In this document: one piece after another, positions 17,991-28,373 of the stretch | Layout of the letters: each line of letters opens with the position of its first letter | How positions within the stretch are numbered: position 1 is the stretch's first letter | Assembly (NCBI GenBank): GCA_965213625.1 | Contig: CBDBZU010000004.1 | Location: 3,552,001-3,616,000, forward strand | DNA length: 64,000 nt | Direction: 5' to 3' | Source: a bacterium | Lineage (GTDB): Bacteria; UBA8248 | Notes under the pieces: generated by a model | What the model was told of the DNA's origin: nothing | The model's database searches: none | What the model saw: only the letters and a program-made list of their open reading frames with translations | Translations under genes and position numbers: made by a program

Positions 17991-19280
17991 TCACAACGTA
18001 TATCCCGCGTCCCGAACGAACCGCCCGAGGCTCCGCTTCGTCTCACCCCCGAAGCTCTCGAACATCGCGAGCGTCGCTTTCTTGCTGCCCTCCACGGCGG
18101 GTTGATCGAACGGGTTCACCCCGCGCAGCAGTCCGCCGTACACCGCCGCCCACTGCCAGAGCGCGATGAGGCCGCACACATCGGCAACTGCCAGGGAATC
18201 GAGCGTGAGCGCCATGTGGGGCGTCCCCCTGCTCTCCGCTTCGGCGACGACGCCCGCATGCTCCATCTGCAAAAATTCCGTGCAACTCACCCCGCCCGGG
18301 AGGCGCGCATCCGCCCCGAAACTCCCGACGCAAAGTGAGAGACCCACCACGTTCTCCCGCCCGCCGAAGTATCGCTGGTTCGTGTGGTGCTGGCTCTCGG
18401 GCGCGCCCGCCCAGAGTATCGTCTGCCCGCGCCCGGCCTTGCAGTAGCTCTCATGCACGAGCTGCACGATGAGTTCACCGGCGCCAGAGAGCGCATAGGC
18501 GTAAACCGGCATGAAGACCTCGGTGTAGCCTGCGTTCTCGGCGCGCCAGAGTTCCAGCGCCAGATGCTTCGCCATGTTCTCGCTTAGAGGCGCAGCGGTT
18601 CCGAGCTTTTGGTGAGCGGCGGCGAAGGCGGCGTCTATCTCCCCGGCCAAGGCGGTGCCGCCATCCAGCATCGCCAGGGGCAGGAGCGCGTTGTTCTGCG
18701 CGGCGGTGAAGCGCCCGCCCACCTCATCGGGGTGCGGGAAAGTATCGAGCTTAGCAGCGGCGACCATCTCCGCCAGCTTGCTCGGGCCCGAGGAGGTAAT
18801 CGCCAGGGCCTGATAGCCGCGTTCCATCAGGAGGGCTGTCTCCTGGATCACGTTTTCGGTCTCGCCGGACTTGCTCACCGGGACGATGAGCGTGTTCTCG
18901 GGGTTGAACGCGCCGCCTCCCCGAAGCAGTTCCCCGAACAGACCGCTCATGTCAGTGCCGTCGAGCAGGTGCAGCTTTTTGGAAAACCCCCGCTCGTAGA
19001 ACGCCAGGTAAAGCGCCCAGACGTTTCGTATCGACCCCCCGTTCCCGATGACGACGACGTGCTCTTTCCCCACAGCCGCCGAGAGTTTGGCCTCCATCCC
19101 CGCGACGTCGGCGCGCTCGGTGGCGAACCAGGGCTCCCCCGGCCCCGCCTGGTACCCGGCTATCAACTCCGCGCATTGGGCTGCGTCGTCGAGCAGGTCC
19201 CTCTTCTCGCGCCAGAGGCCGTCTTTTCCCCTATCCCCAAGCGGCGTCTCGAAACTCTTTGCGTACAAATGCAGGCTCAA
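17991..19280 (-). CDS. pgi: Glucose-6-phosphate isomerase-like SIS protein
   Basis: VIGNGGS, VSKSGET, VGGRF, QLVHES, NPFDQPAVEGSK. Confidence 0.78.
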   Translation of the reverse strand: MSLHLYAKSFETPLGDRGKDGLWREKRDLLDDAAQCAELIAGYQAGPGEPWFATERADVAGMEAKLSAAVGKEHVVVIGNGGSIRNVWALYLAFYERGFSKKLHLLDGTDMSGLFGELLRGGGAFNPENTLIVPVSKSGETENVIQETALLMERGYQALAITSSGPSKLAEMVAAAKLDTFPHPDEVGGRFTAAQNNALLPLAMLDGGTALAGEIDAAFAAAHQKLGTAAPLSENMAKHLALELWRAENAGYTEVFMPVYAYALSGAGELIVQLVHESYCKAGRGQTILWAGAPESQHHTNQRYFGGRENVVGLSLCVGSFGADARLPGGVSCTEFLQMEHAGVVAEAESRGTPHMALTLDSLAVADVCGLIALWQWAAVYGGLLRGVNPFDQPAVEGSKKATLAMFESFGGETKRSLGRFVRDAGYTL

Positions 19281-19322
19281 GCCATACTCCTCGTTCGTAA
19301 GGTGTCGGAAAACTCTTTGCTA

Positions 19323-20180
19323 TCAAATCGGCTCCGCATCGAGATGGGCCTTCATGCTGCGCAATACGATGGGTATCAGGCCCGCGCGCGGGAGACCAAG
19401 GCGCTCGAAAACGAACGCAGCCGCCTCCTCGGGCGAAACGTCGCCTCCTTTTTGAGCCGAAACCTCACGGATCAGCCCGTCGATCTCCCTCATATACCCT
19501 GCCCCGCTCTCAATGTGCCTTGAGACCGCATCATCGCGCGAGAACTCCCGGCTCATGGCGGAGAGCAACACTTTCACTCCTTGGAGGGCCTTCAACTTCT
19601 CCAGACTTATTAAAGTGTCCGCCACGCTCTCATAAATCGGCAGCGTGCCGGGTTCGGGCAGCACGTCGCCTGAGATGAGCGCGCCCTCCTCAGGGATGAA
19701 GAAAGAGAGGCTCCCCGCAGAGTGCCCCGGCGTGTGAACCACACGGACGTCTACGCCACCCGGCGATATCTCATCGCCTCCTGCGAGAAAACCTGCGAGC
19801 TTCACGGGGCCGGATACCGCATCGCGCATTCTGCCCACCGGACGGACGCTGTGCTGATAGTCCAAATCCTCAATCATCCGCCTCTCTGATTCTGGTCCCA
19901 GGAACTCCGGTCCCGCTCGTTCCGCAATCAGCCCGTTCCCGCCGATGTGGTCGAAATGGGAATGCGTGAGCAGGACGTGCGAAATCTCTTCGGGCTTCCT
20001 GCCGATGGATTCGATGTAGGCGAAAATATCAGGCGCGGTGGAGGCGACGCCCGTGTCGATCAGGGTGAGCGTGTCGCCCGCTAATATGTAGGACGTGACG
20101 AACCTGGGAATCCGCTGGCCCGCGGGCGTCTTGATCTCGAACTCCAGCCAGAGGCAATGCACGTGCGGCGTAATCTGCAT
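19323..20180 (-). CDS. MBL-fold metallo-hydrolase
   Basis: LIDTG, THSHFDHIGG, TPGHSAGS, SGD. Confidence 0.88.
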   Translation of the reverse strand: MQITPHVHCLWLEFEIKTPAGQRIPRFVTSYILAGDTLTLIDTGVASTAPDIFAYIESIGRKPEEISHVLLTHSHFDHIGGNGLIAERAGPEFLGPESERRMIEDLDYQHSVRPVGRMRDAVSGPVKLAGFLAGGDEISPGGVDVRVVHTPGHSAGSLSFFIPEEGALISGDVLPEPGTLPIYESVADTLISLEKLKALQGVKVLLSAMSREFSRDDAVSRHIESGAGYMREIDGLIREVSAQKGGDVSPEEAAAFVFERLGLPRAGLIPIVLRSMKAHLDAEPI

Positions 20181-20470
20181 GGAATCATCCTTGATGATGG
20201 CGGATAATTTATCGGTTCATCAGTCACCGGGAATCTACCAAAACGCGGGGCAAACGCGAAACGCTCCCCTGCCCCGCCGGGCGAATCCAGAGCCGCTCTT
20301 GGATGCCTTCGATTTTTCCGCCGCTTATTTCACAAAATCACGAAATCCTCATCTTTTCCTCGCCCCTATCTTGCTGTATAACGCCGCATTGCGGCGCGTT
20401 GGCCGGAAAACCGCCTCGCTCGGTGGATGCGGCCCGCCGCGCGCGAAAACATTCGCCTCTGGAGAAGACG

Positions 20471-20893
20471 ATGAACACGACCGCCTTGAGCCTCACCCTT
20501 CTCGCCGTCCTGTGCTTCGGCGTCTGGGGATTCTTCATGAAGCTGGGCCAGGAGCGCCTGGGCGCCATGCCGCACCTCATGGGAATGGGCGTCACCACCG
20601 CCGTCGTCGTCATCATTGCCGTTATCAGCAGGCAGTTCCCGCTCCCGCCGATGCGCCCGGAAGTCATGTGGCTGCCCGTGGTCGCCACGGTGGCGACCCT
20701 GCTGGCCATGCTCTTTCTGGTGCTGGCCTTGGCGAAGGCCGAGGGCCAGACGGCGGGCGTGGTGGCGCTTTCGGCCCTTTATCCGGGCGTCACGGCGGTT
20801 CTGGCGGCGCTCTTTCTGGGCGAGGGATTCACGCCCGCCAAGGTGGGCGGGCTCGTCTGCGCCGCTCTGGCCGCGTTCCTGTTTACCCGTTAG
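20471..20893 (+). CDS. EamA/DMT family small membrane protein
   Basis: Five hydrophobic segments, ALYPGVTAVLAALFLGE; RBS ggag. Confidence 0.8.
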   Translation: MNTTALSLTLLAVLCFGVWGFFMKLGQERLGAMPHLMGMGVTTAVVVIIAVISRQFPLPPMRPEVMWLPVVATVATLLAMLFLVLALAKAEGQTAGVVALSALYPGVTAVLAALFLGEGFTPAKVGGLVCAALAAFLFTR

Positions 20894-20910
20894 GTGAGAG
20901 CTTCCAGACC

Positions 20911-23058
20911 ATGACGACCAAACGCGGACTTCGCATCGGCATCGACACGGGCGGCACGTTCACCGACGTGGTCGGCGTGCGCTCCGACTCCGGCGAGGTC
21001 TTCACCACCAAGACGCCGACGACGCCCGCCGATTTCAGCGAGGGCCTGATCCAGGGCATTAAAAAAATTCTCTCTGAGACCAAGATTCGCCCCGCGATGG
21101 TGAACGGCGTCTTCCACGGCACGACGGTGGCGACGAACGCCATCCTGGAGCGCCGCTTCGAGGATTTGGGCTTCATCGTCACGGGCGGGTTCCGCCATCT
21201 GCTCGAAATCGGGGGAGCGAACGGCGCGGCGAAGGCCAATTACGCCGCCTCCCTGCTCGCAAAACCCAAAGACGCGCTGGTGCCCCCCGAGCGGGTCCGC
21301 GAGGCGAAGGAGAGAATCTCCGCATCGGGCGAGGTTCTGGAATCCCTGAACGAGCAGGACGCGCTCAAACTCGCTAAATGGTTCAAGGCGCAGGGCATCG
21401 GCTCCGTGGGCGTCTGCCTGCTCCACGCCTACGCAAACCCGGCGCATGAGGAACTCATTCTCGAAGCCTTCGAGCGCGAATACCCGGAATGCTTCGTGAG
21501 CATATCGAGCGAGGTGATACCCGAACCCGGCGAGTACGAGCGCGCCATCACAACGCTGCTCGATGCGTGCATCAAGCCGCGCATCAAGGCCTATATCGAG
21601 AGCGCCTCGAAGAAAATCGAAGAAACGCTCGGCGGCGCGCCCTTCATGATCATGAAGAGCAACGGCGGCGTTTCCACCGCGCGCGAGATCGCAAAGCGGC
21701 CGATAGGCACCGTGCTCTCGGGGCCGGCCGCGGGCGCGCTCTCCGCCGCGTATCTCGGAAAACTCTCGGGGCATGAGCAGCTCATCACCCTGGACGGGGG
21801 CGGCACCTCTACGGACATCGCCGTCATCGAGGGCGGCGAGGCCAAGCGCGCCACCCGGCACCAGCTCGATGAGTTTTACTTGAGAATGCCGATGATCGAC
21901 GTCGTCACCATCGGAACGGGGGGCGGCTCCATCGCGTGGAGAAGCCCCGAGGGGAGGCTCCGCGTGGGACCCCGGAGCGCGGGTGCTGACCCCGGCCCCA
22001 TCTGCTACGGCAAAGGCGGCGAGGAACCCACCCTCACCGACGCGAACCTGCTCCTCGCCCGAAGCCCGCTCCATCTCGCGGGCGGCGAGGTGAAGCTCAA
22101 CAAGGCGCTCGCCATGAAGGCCATGCGCGATCTGGCGCGCGGGTTCGATATGAGCCCCCACGAGATGGCCTCGGGCGTGGTCGAGATCGCCGCCTGGAAC
22201 CAGACCCACGCCGTGCGCCGCGCGACGGTGCAGCGGGGGATTTCTCCCAAAAACTTCGCTCTGATGGCCTTCGGCGGCTCTGGACCGCTTACAGCCGGTC
22301 TCGTGGCCGAACTGCTCGAAATCGACACCGTCATCGTGCCGCCCTTCGCAGGTATGACGAGCGCCTTCGGGCTGGAAGTCGTCGACCTGGTGAACGATCA
22401 CGCGGCGGCCCACTATCAAACCGAAGAAAACGTCCGGCCCGAAGCACTGGGCGACGCCTATGAGAAACTCGAAGCCCTGGCTGCTGCGGGTCTCGAAAAC
22501 GAGGGGGTCCCTGCGCACAGGCGCATGATGCGGCGCACTGCTGAAATGCGCTATCAAGGAGAGGCCACCGAGATCGAAGTCGACGTGCCCGGCGGCTACA
22601 TCACCCCGCCGGTTCTGGCGGAGGCCTTCGAGCGCTTCCACATGCTCTACCAGCGCCGCTACACCTACAACCACAAGGGAAGCCGTCCGGTCGAGATCGT
22701 GCACCTGCGCGTCTCGGGGATAGGCATGACGGAACCGCCGAACCTGCCCCTCATCCCCGCGGGCGACGACAGCCCAGAAGAAGCCTACAAGGGAGCGCGC
22801 CTCGTTTGGTTCAAGGAACTGGGCGGGTTCCACGACACGCCGGTCTACTACCGGGAGAGGCTGCTCGAGGGCAACTACATCCCCGGACCGGCCATCGTCG
22901 AGAGCTTCGGCAGCACCACGGCCATCTTCCCCAGGCAGGAAGCCCGCGTGGACAGGTACGGGAATCTGGTGATGCGCTTCCGCTCTGAAGTCTTCGAGCG
23001 CGATGAGCGCGCCGGCAAGCCGACGGGCGATCACGGCGTGGGAGCGGCCTGGGGATGA
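20911..23058 (+). CDS. Hydantoinase A/oxoprolinase subunit
   Basis: GIDTGGTFTD, HGTTVATNA, SGPAAG, DGGGTSTD, GGGSIA, GPRSAGADPGP. Confidence 0.92.
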   Translation: MTTKRGLRIGIDTGGTFTDVVGVRSDSGEVFTTKTPTTPADFSEGLIQGIKKILSETKIRPAMVNGVFHGTTVATNAILERRFEDLGFIVTGGFRHLLEIGGANGAAKANYAASLLAKPKDALVPPERVREAKERISASGEVLESLNEQDALKLAKWFKAQGIGSVGVCLLHAYANPAHEELILEAFEREYPECFVSISSEVIPEPGEYERAITTLLDACIKPRIKAYIESASKKIEETLGGAPFMIMKSNGGVSTAREIAKRPIGTVLSGPAAGALSAAYLGKLSGHEQLITLDGGGTSTDIAVIEGGEAKRATRHQLDEFYLRMPMIDVVTIGTGGGSIAWRSPEGRLRVGPRSAGADPGPICYGKGGEEPTLTDANLLLARSPLHLAGGEVKLNKALAMKAMRDLARGFDMSPHEMASGVVEIAAWNQTHAVRRATVQRGISPKNFALMAFGGSGPLTAGLVAELLEIDTVIVPPFAGMTSAFGLEVVDLVNDHAAAHYQTEENVRPEALGDAYEKLEALAAAGLENEGVPAHRRMMRRTAEMRYQGEATEIEVDVPGGYITPPVLAEAFERFHMLYQRRYTYNHKGSRPVEIVHLRVSGIGMTEPPNLPLIPAGDDSPEEAYKGARLVWFKELGGFHDTPVYYRERLLEGNYIPGPAIVESFGSTTAIFPRQEARVDRYGNLVMRFRSEVFERDERAGKPTGDHGVGAAWG

Positions 23059-24767
23059 ACGCGAACCCGATTGTGAGCGAAATTCTGGCTGGGGCGCTTC
23101 GCGCCATCGAAGAAGAGGTCGAAGACCTCCTCGCGCGCATCTGGCGCAGCCCCTCGCTGCGCGACGCGGGCGATTTTTCGGTCTGTCTCTTCGACCGCTT
23201 CGGGCGCGCGCTCACCGGGCGGGTGCTCGCCACCGGTCCCGCGCCCATCATCCGCGCGTATCCCGAAATGGCCGAGGGAGACGTTTTTCTCCACAACGAC
23301 CCCTACATGCCGCCTGCGGGCTTGGGAGAGGCGGCAGAGTTGTGCCTCACCCGCCCCCTGTTCGCGGATGGCGCGCTCATCGCCTTCTTGCAAGTCAGGG
23401 GACGCCACGACGACCTGGGCGGCGCGCTCCCCGGCGGGGCGAGCGTCGGCTCGCGCGAGAGCTACCACGAGGGGGTCCTCATTCCGCCGGTGCGAATAGC
23501 GTGCGGGGATGTGACGATAGAGGACATCAAAACCCTGCTCCTGCGGAACAGCCGCCAGGCCCATCACCTGGGCGATGACATCGACGCCCAGCTTGGCGCG
23601 CTCCGCATAGGTGCTGCCCGTCTCAAGGATCTGACGAGGCGGTACGGCGCGGAGAACCTGACGGCGTGTTTCGCCGATTTACTGAGAGAGTGCGAACTCG
23701 CGTTCCGCGGCCAGCTCATCCCGCAACTCCCCGAAAAAAGCTGGACGGCGCAAACCGCCGTCGAAACGGACGGCTTGAACGGCCCGCATGAACTCGCGCT
23801 CACGCTCAGGAGGCAAAAAGACGCTCTTCATATCGAACTGGAAGCAGCCCCCCAGGCGCGAGGCCCCATCAACTGTCCCCTGGAAGGAGAAGGCGCGCAG
23901 TTCCTGGCCCGCCTCATTGCCCCCATGATGCTCCATCTTCAGGATGAGGCGAGCGAGACCCCCCTGAACGACGGAGCCTTGCGGGCATTTCAGGTGCGCT
24001 TGCCCGAACCAGGCACCATACTCACCCCCCGATTCCCGGCCCCGACGGGCCTGAGAGCGCTCACTCTCGGAAAACTGCTCTCGGCGTTCGGCGAAGCGCT
24101 GTTCGAGGCGTCTGGCGGACGCACGCCCACGGGCTTCGACAACCTGAGGACGCTCAGTTTCTGGGGACACGATGAAAAAGGGGGCTTCCACCTGCTGAGG
24201 GAAGCCCTAGGCGCAGGCGCGGGCGCAGATATGAAAGGGGACGGGGCATCCGCCGTTCCCCCGCTAGGTGCTACCGGCGGCATGCCCGTCGAGGTGATGG
24301 AGGCGCGCTATCCGGTGCGGGTCGAGGCAATGGGGCTGGCGCAGGACTCGGGCGGCGCGGGCGAGCGGCGCGGCGGACTGGGCGTATTCAGGGAATACCG
24401 CATGCTCATCGACGGCATATCAGCGAGCGCAGCGGGAAGCGCCGAAGCCGGCCCCGCCGGCGGGCCGGGCGCATCGGCCGGAAAGGCGTACGAGATGCGC
24501 CATCGCTCCGGGAAAAAGAGCGCGCTCACACCTGCCGTCGGCGCGTCCACGGCGTTCTCCAAAGACGATTCGATTCGCGTCTCCACCCCCGGCGGCGGCG
24601 GGTGGGGCGACCCCGGGGAGCGCGACCCCGAGGACGTGCGGGCCGACGTTCTGCGCGGGTTCGTCTCGGCCAAGGCGGCGGAGGTCGTTTACGGCGTCGT
24701 TCTGCGAGGCGCGCCGGGCTTTGCAATCGATGTGGATGCCACCCGAAAACGCAGGCAAGGCGAATAA
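23055..24767 (+). CDS. Hydantoinase B/oxoprolinase subunit (divergent)
   Basis: NDPY, DLGG, EGVLIPP, DSGGAGERRGG, TPGGGGWGDP. Confidence 0.88.
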   Translation: MNANPIVSEILAGALRAIEEEVEDLLARIWRSPSLRDAGDFSVCLFDRFGRALTGRVLATGPAPIIRAYPEMAEGDVFLHNDPYMPPAGLGEAAELCLTRPLFADGALIAFLQVRGRHDDLGGALPGGASVGSRESYHEGVLIPPVRIACGDVTIEDIKTLLLRNSRQAHHLGDDIDAQLGALRIGAARLKDLTRRYGAENLTACFADLLRECELAFRGQLIPQLPEKSWTAQTAVETDGLNGPHELALTLRRQKDALHIELEAAPQARGPINCPLEGEGAQFLARLIAPMMLHLQDEASETPLNDGALRAFQVRLPEPGTILTPRFPAPTGLRALTLGKLLSAFGEALFEASGGRTPTGFDNLRTLSFWGHDEKGGFHLLREALGAGAGADMKGDGASAVPPLGATGGMPVEVMEARYPVRVEAMGLAQDSGGAGERRGGLGVFREYRMLIDGISASAAGSAEAGPAGGPGASAGKAYEMRHRSGKKSALTPAVGASTAFSKDDSIRVSTPGGGGWGDPGERDPEDVRADVLRGFVSAKAAEVVYGVVLRGAPGFAIDVDATRKRRQGE

Positions 24768-24924
24768 TTTCGCACTTTCTTCTTAAATGCAGCGGATTCA
24801 AGGCGCAAAGGGGGCTAAAAACCCCCGGTCGCACTTGGAGCCGCCCATTGTATCGGGTAGAATCCGCCCGCGCAGGAGTCAACGAACGCCCGTAAGGCCT
24901 GAGCGAACAATTTTTATCCCCTAA

Positions 24925-25956
<1,032 letters not shown>

Positions 25957-25970
25957 GAGGTTCCGAAGTT

Positions 25971-27194
25971 ATGGCGACGATCACGAGCAACATTGAAAAC
26001 GGCGACCCGAAACTCGGCGTCGAGGACGTCGACGTCGCTGGCAAGCGGGTCTTCCTGCGCGTCGATTTCAACGTGCCGCTCGACGACCAGGGGCACATCA
26101 CCGACGACGCCCGCATCCGGGCGGCCCTGCCCACCATCAACTATCTCCTCGATGAAGGCGCGCGGGTCGTGATCGGCTCCCACATCGGCCGGCCCAAGGG
26201 CAAAGTCGACCCGAGAAATTCATTCGCCCCGGTCGCAAAGCGCCTCTCCAGGCTTCTGGAAAAGGAATGCCCTCTGGCGACAACCTGCACGGGAGCGGAT
26301 ACCCGGAGCATGGCGGAGGAGATGAAGCCGGGCCAGGTTCTGCTTCTGGAGAATCTCCGGTTTCACCCGGGCGAGGAGAAAAACGACGAAAAATTCGCCC
26401 GCGAACTCGCCTCGCTGGCCGATATCTACATCGGCGATGCCTTCGGCAACGCCCACCGCAACCATGCCTCGATGTCGGCGATCACGAAATTCCTGAACCC
26501 CGCCGTCGCCGGCTTCCTGATGATTAAGGAGGTCAGCTACTTAAGCGGCGCGGTGAACAACCCGATGCGCCCGGTGGTGGCGATCGTCGGGGGCGCGAAG
26601 GCGAGCGCCAAAATCGGCATCGTCGAGCGCATCCTCCCCAAGATGGACAAGATCGTCATTGGGGGCGGCATGGCGGGCACCTTCCACCGCGCGCTGGGCT
26701 ATGAAATGGGAAACAGCCTGGTTGAGGAACACATGGTGGACACGGCGCGCTCAATCATCGACAAGGCGAAGGAGCTGGAGGTGAAGTTCTACCTCCCCTG
26801 CGACTACGTGATCGCGGACAAGTTCGAGGCCTCGGCGGAAACCAAGGTGGTGCCCGCGCAGGAAGTGCCGGAGGAGTGGTACGCGCTCGACATCGGACCG
26901 GCGAGCACCACCCTGTTCGGCGAGGTGCTCCAGGATGCGAAAACCATCATCTGGAACGGGCCGATGGGCGTGTTCGAGGTGGACGCCTTCTCGCGCGGCA
27001 CCTACGCCATGGTGAACCACGTGGCGAATTCCTATGCGCTGACGATAGTGGGCGGCGGCGATACGGACGTGGCCGTTCACGCGGCGGGCGAGTCGCGCCG
27101 CATCTCATACATCAGCACGGGCGGCGGCGCCTTCCTGGAACTGCTTGAGGGGAAAGAACTCCCTGGCCTGGCCTGCCTGACGGACAAACAATAA
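25971..27194 (+). CDS. pgk: Phosphoglycerate kinase
   Basis: RVDFNVP, SHIGRP, LENLRF, WNGPMGVFE, STGGGA. Confidence 0.98.
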   Translation: MATITSNIENGDPKLGVEDVDVAGKRVFLRVDFNVPLDDQGHITDDARIRAALPTINYLLDEGARVVIGSHIGRPKGKVDPRNSFAPVAKRLSRLLEKECPLATTCTGADTRSMAEEMKPGQVLLLENLRFHPGEEKNDEKFARELASLADIYIGDAFGNAHRNHASMSAITKFLNPAVAGFLMIKEVSYLSGAVNNPMRPVVAIVGGAKASAKIGIVERILPKMDKIVIGGGMAGTFHRALGYEMGNSLVEEHMVDTARSIIDKAKELEVKFYLPCDYVIADKFEASAETKVVPAQEVPEEWYALDIGPASTTLFGEVLQDAKTIIWNGPMGVFEVDAFSRGTYAMVNHVANSYALTIVGGGDTDVAVHAAGESRRISYISTGGGAFLELLEGKELPGLACLTDKQ

Positions 27195-27224
27195 AACATC
27201 CCGAATAGAAAAGAGGACCTCACG

Positions 27225-28007
27225 ATGCGGCGCACCCTCGTGGCCGGCAACTGGAAGATGAACAAGACGATTGCAGAGGCGAGAACGCTCGCGCGCGAGG
27301 TGGCCGGAAGCGTCGCAGGGGATGGACTATCCGATGTGGAAGTCCTGCTGGGACCCCCCTATCTCGCCCTTTCGGCGGTCGTGGAAGCGGTCTCGGGGAG
27401 CGCCGTCGGCGTCGCCGGGCAGGACTGCGCCCACCAGGCCGATGGCGCATACACCGGCGAGGTGAGCGTCTCGATGCTCCGGGATGCGGGCGCGACCCAC
27501 GTCATCCTCGGGCACAGCGAAAGGCGCGAGTTGATGGGAGAAGGCGACGGCCTCGTTGCCCGCAAGGCGCAGGCGGCGAGCGCGGGCGGCCTCACCCCCA
27601 TCATCTGCCTCGGGGAGCCTTTTACGACGAGGCGGGCCGGAACGACGCTCACGCGCATCGCCCACCAGGTCGAGCACTCGATTCAGGGCGCGTTCGGCTC
27701 TCCACCTCCGGGGGGTTTCATCGTCGCGTATGAGCCCGTGTGGGCCATCGGCACGGGCCTCACGGCCACGCCCGAACAGGCCCAGGAGGCGCACGCCTTC
27801 ATCCGCGAGCGTCTGGAAGGAATTTTCGGCTTGGAATGCGCGCAGGAAACGCGTATCTTATACGGTGGCAGCGTGAAACCGGATAATGCCGCGAATTTGT
27901 TCGCACAACCCGACATCGACGGCGGCCTCATCGGCGGGGCGAGCCTGAACAGCGCAGACTTTTTGGAAATCATCCGCGCCGCGCGGATGGATTCCGCACT
28001 GACATGA
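27225..28007 (+). CDS. tpiA: Triose-phosphate isomerase
   Basis: AGNWKM, GHSERR, AYEPVWAIGTG, LYGGSV, LIGGASL. Confidence 0.98.
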   Translation: MRRTLVAGNWKMNKTIAEARTLAREVAGSVAGDGLSDVEVLLGPPYLALSAVVEAVSGSAVGVAGQDCAHQADGAYTGEVSVSMLRDAGATHVILGHSERRELMGEGDGLVARKAQAASAGGLTPIICLGEPFTTRRAGTTLTRIAHQVEHSIQGAFGSPPPGGFIVAYEPVWAIGTGLTATPEQAQEAHAFIRERLEGIFGLECAQETRILYGGSVKPDNAANLFAQPDIDGGLIGGASLNSADFLEIIRAARMDSALT

Positions 28008-28020
28008 GAAGAGTGAGAAA

Positions 28021-28329
28021 ATGACGATAGTTTTGACAGTCTTGCATGTGGCCGTGGCGCTTTGCCTGATCCTCTCCGTGCTTCTCCAGGCGGGCAAGGG
28101 CGGCGGTATGGGCGCCGCCTTCGGCGGTTCGAGCGACACGATGTTCGGCACGCGGGGGCCGGTGAACTTTCTGAGCAAAGTCACGACCGGCGCCGCCGTC
28201 CTGTTCATGGTGACATCGCTTATGCTCACCTACATCGGCTCGCATGGCGCCAACCAGGGCGGCTCGATTGTGCCTGCAGCGCCCGTGCAGTCCGCGCCTG
28301 CGACACCCGCCGCCCCGGAAAAGAAATAA
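28021..28329 (+). CDS. secG: Preprotein translocase subunit SecG
   Basis: LILSVLLQAGKGGGMGAAFGG; conserved position after tpiA. Confidence 0.95.
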   Translation: MTIVLTVLHVAVALCLILSVLLQAGKGGGMGAAFGGSSDTMFGTRGPVNFLSKVTTGAAVLFMVTSLMLTYIGSHGANQGGSIVPAAPVQSAPATPAAPEKK

Positions 28330-28373
28330 GCCGCGAGAGCATTTCCACCGTTCGCGCGCGTTGAGGGCCGACG

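Noticed and set aside
20095-20910. N-terminal 272-aa extension of the 987-aa hydantoinase ORF
   Set aside because: Overlaps the EamA gene in another frame; family homology starts at MTTKRGLRIGIDTGGT (20911)
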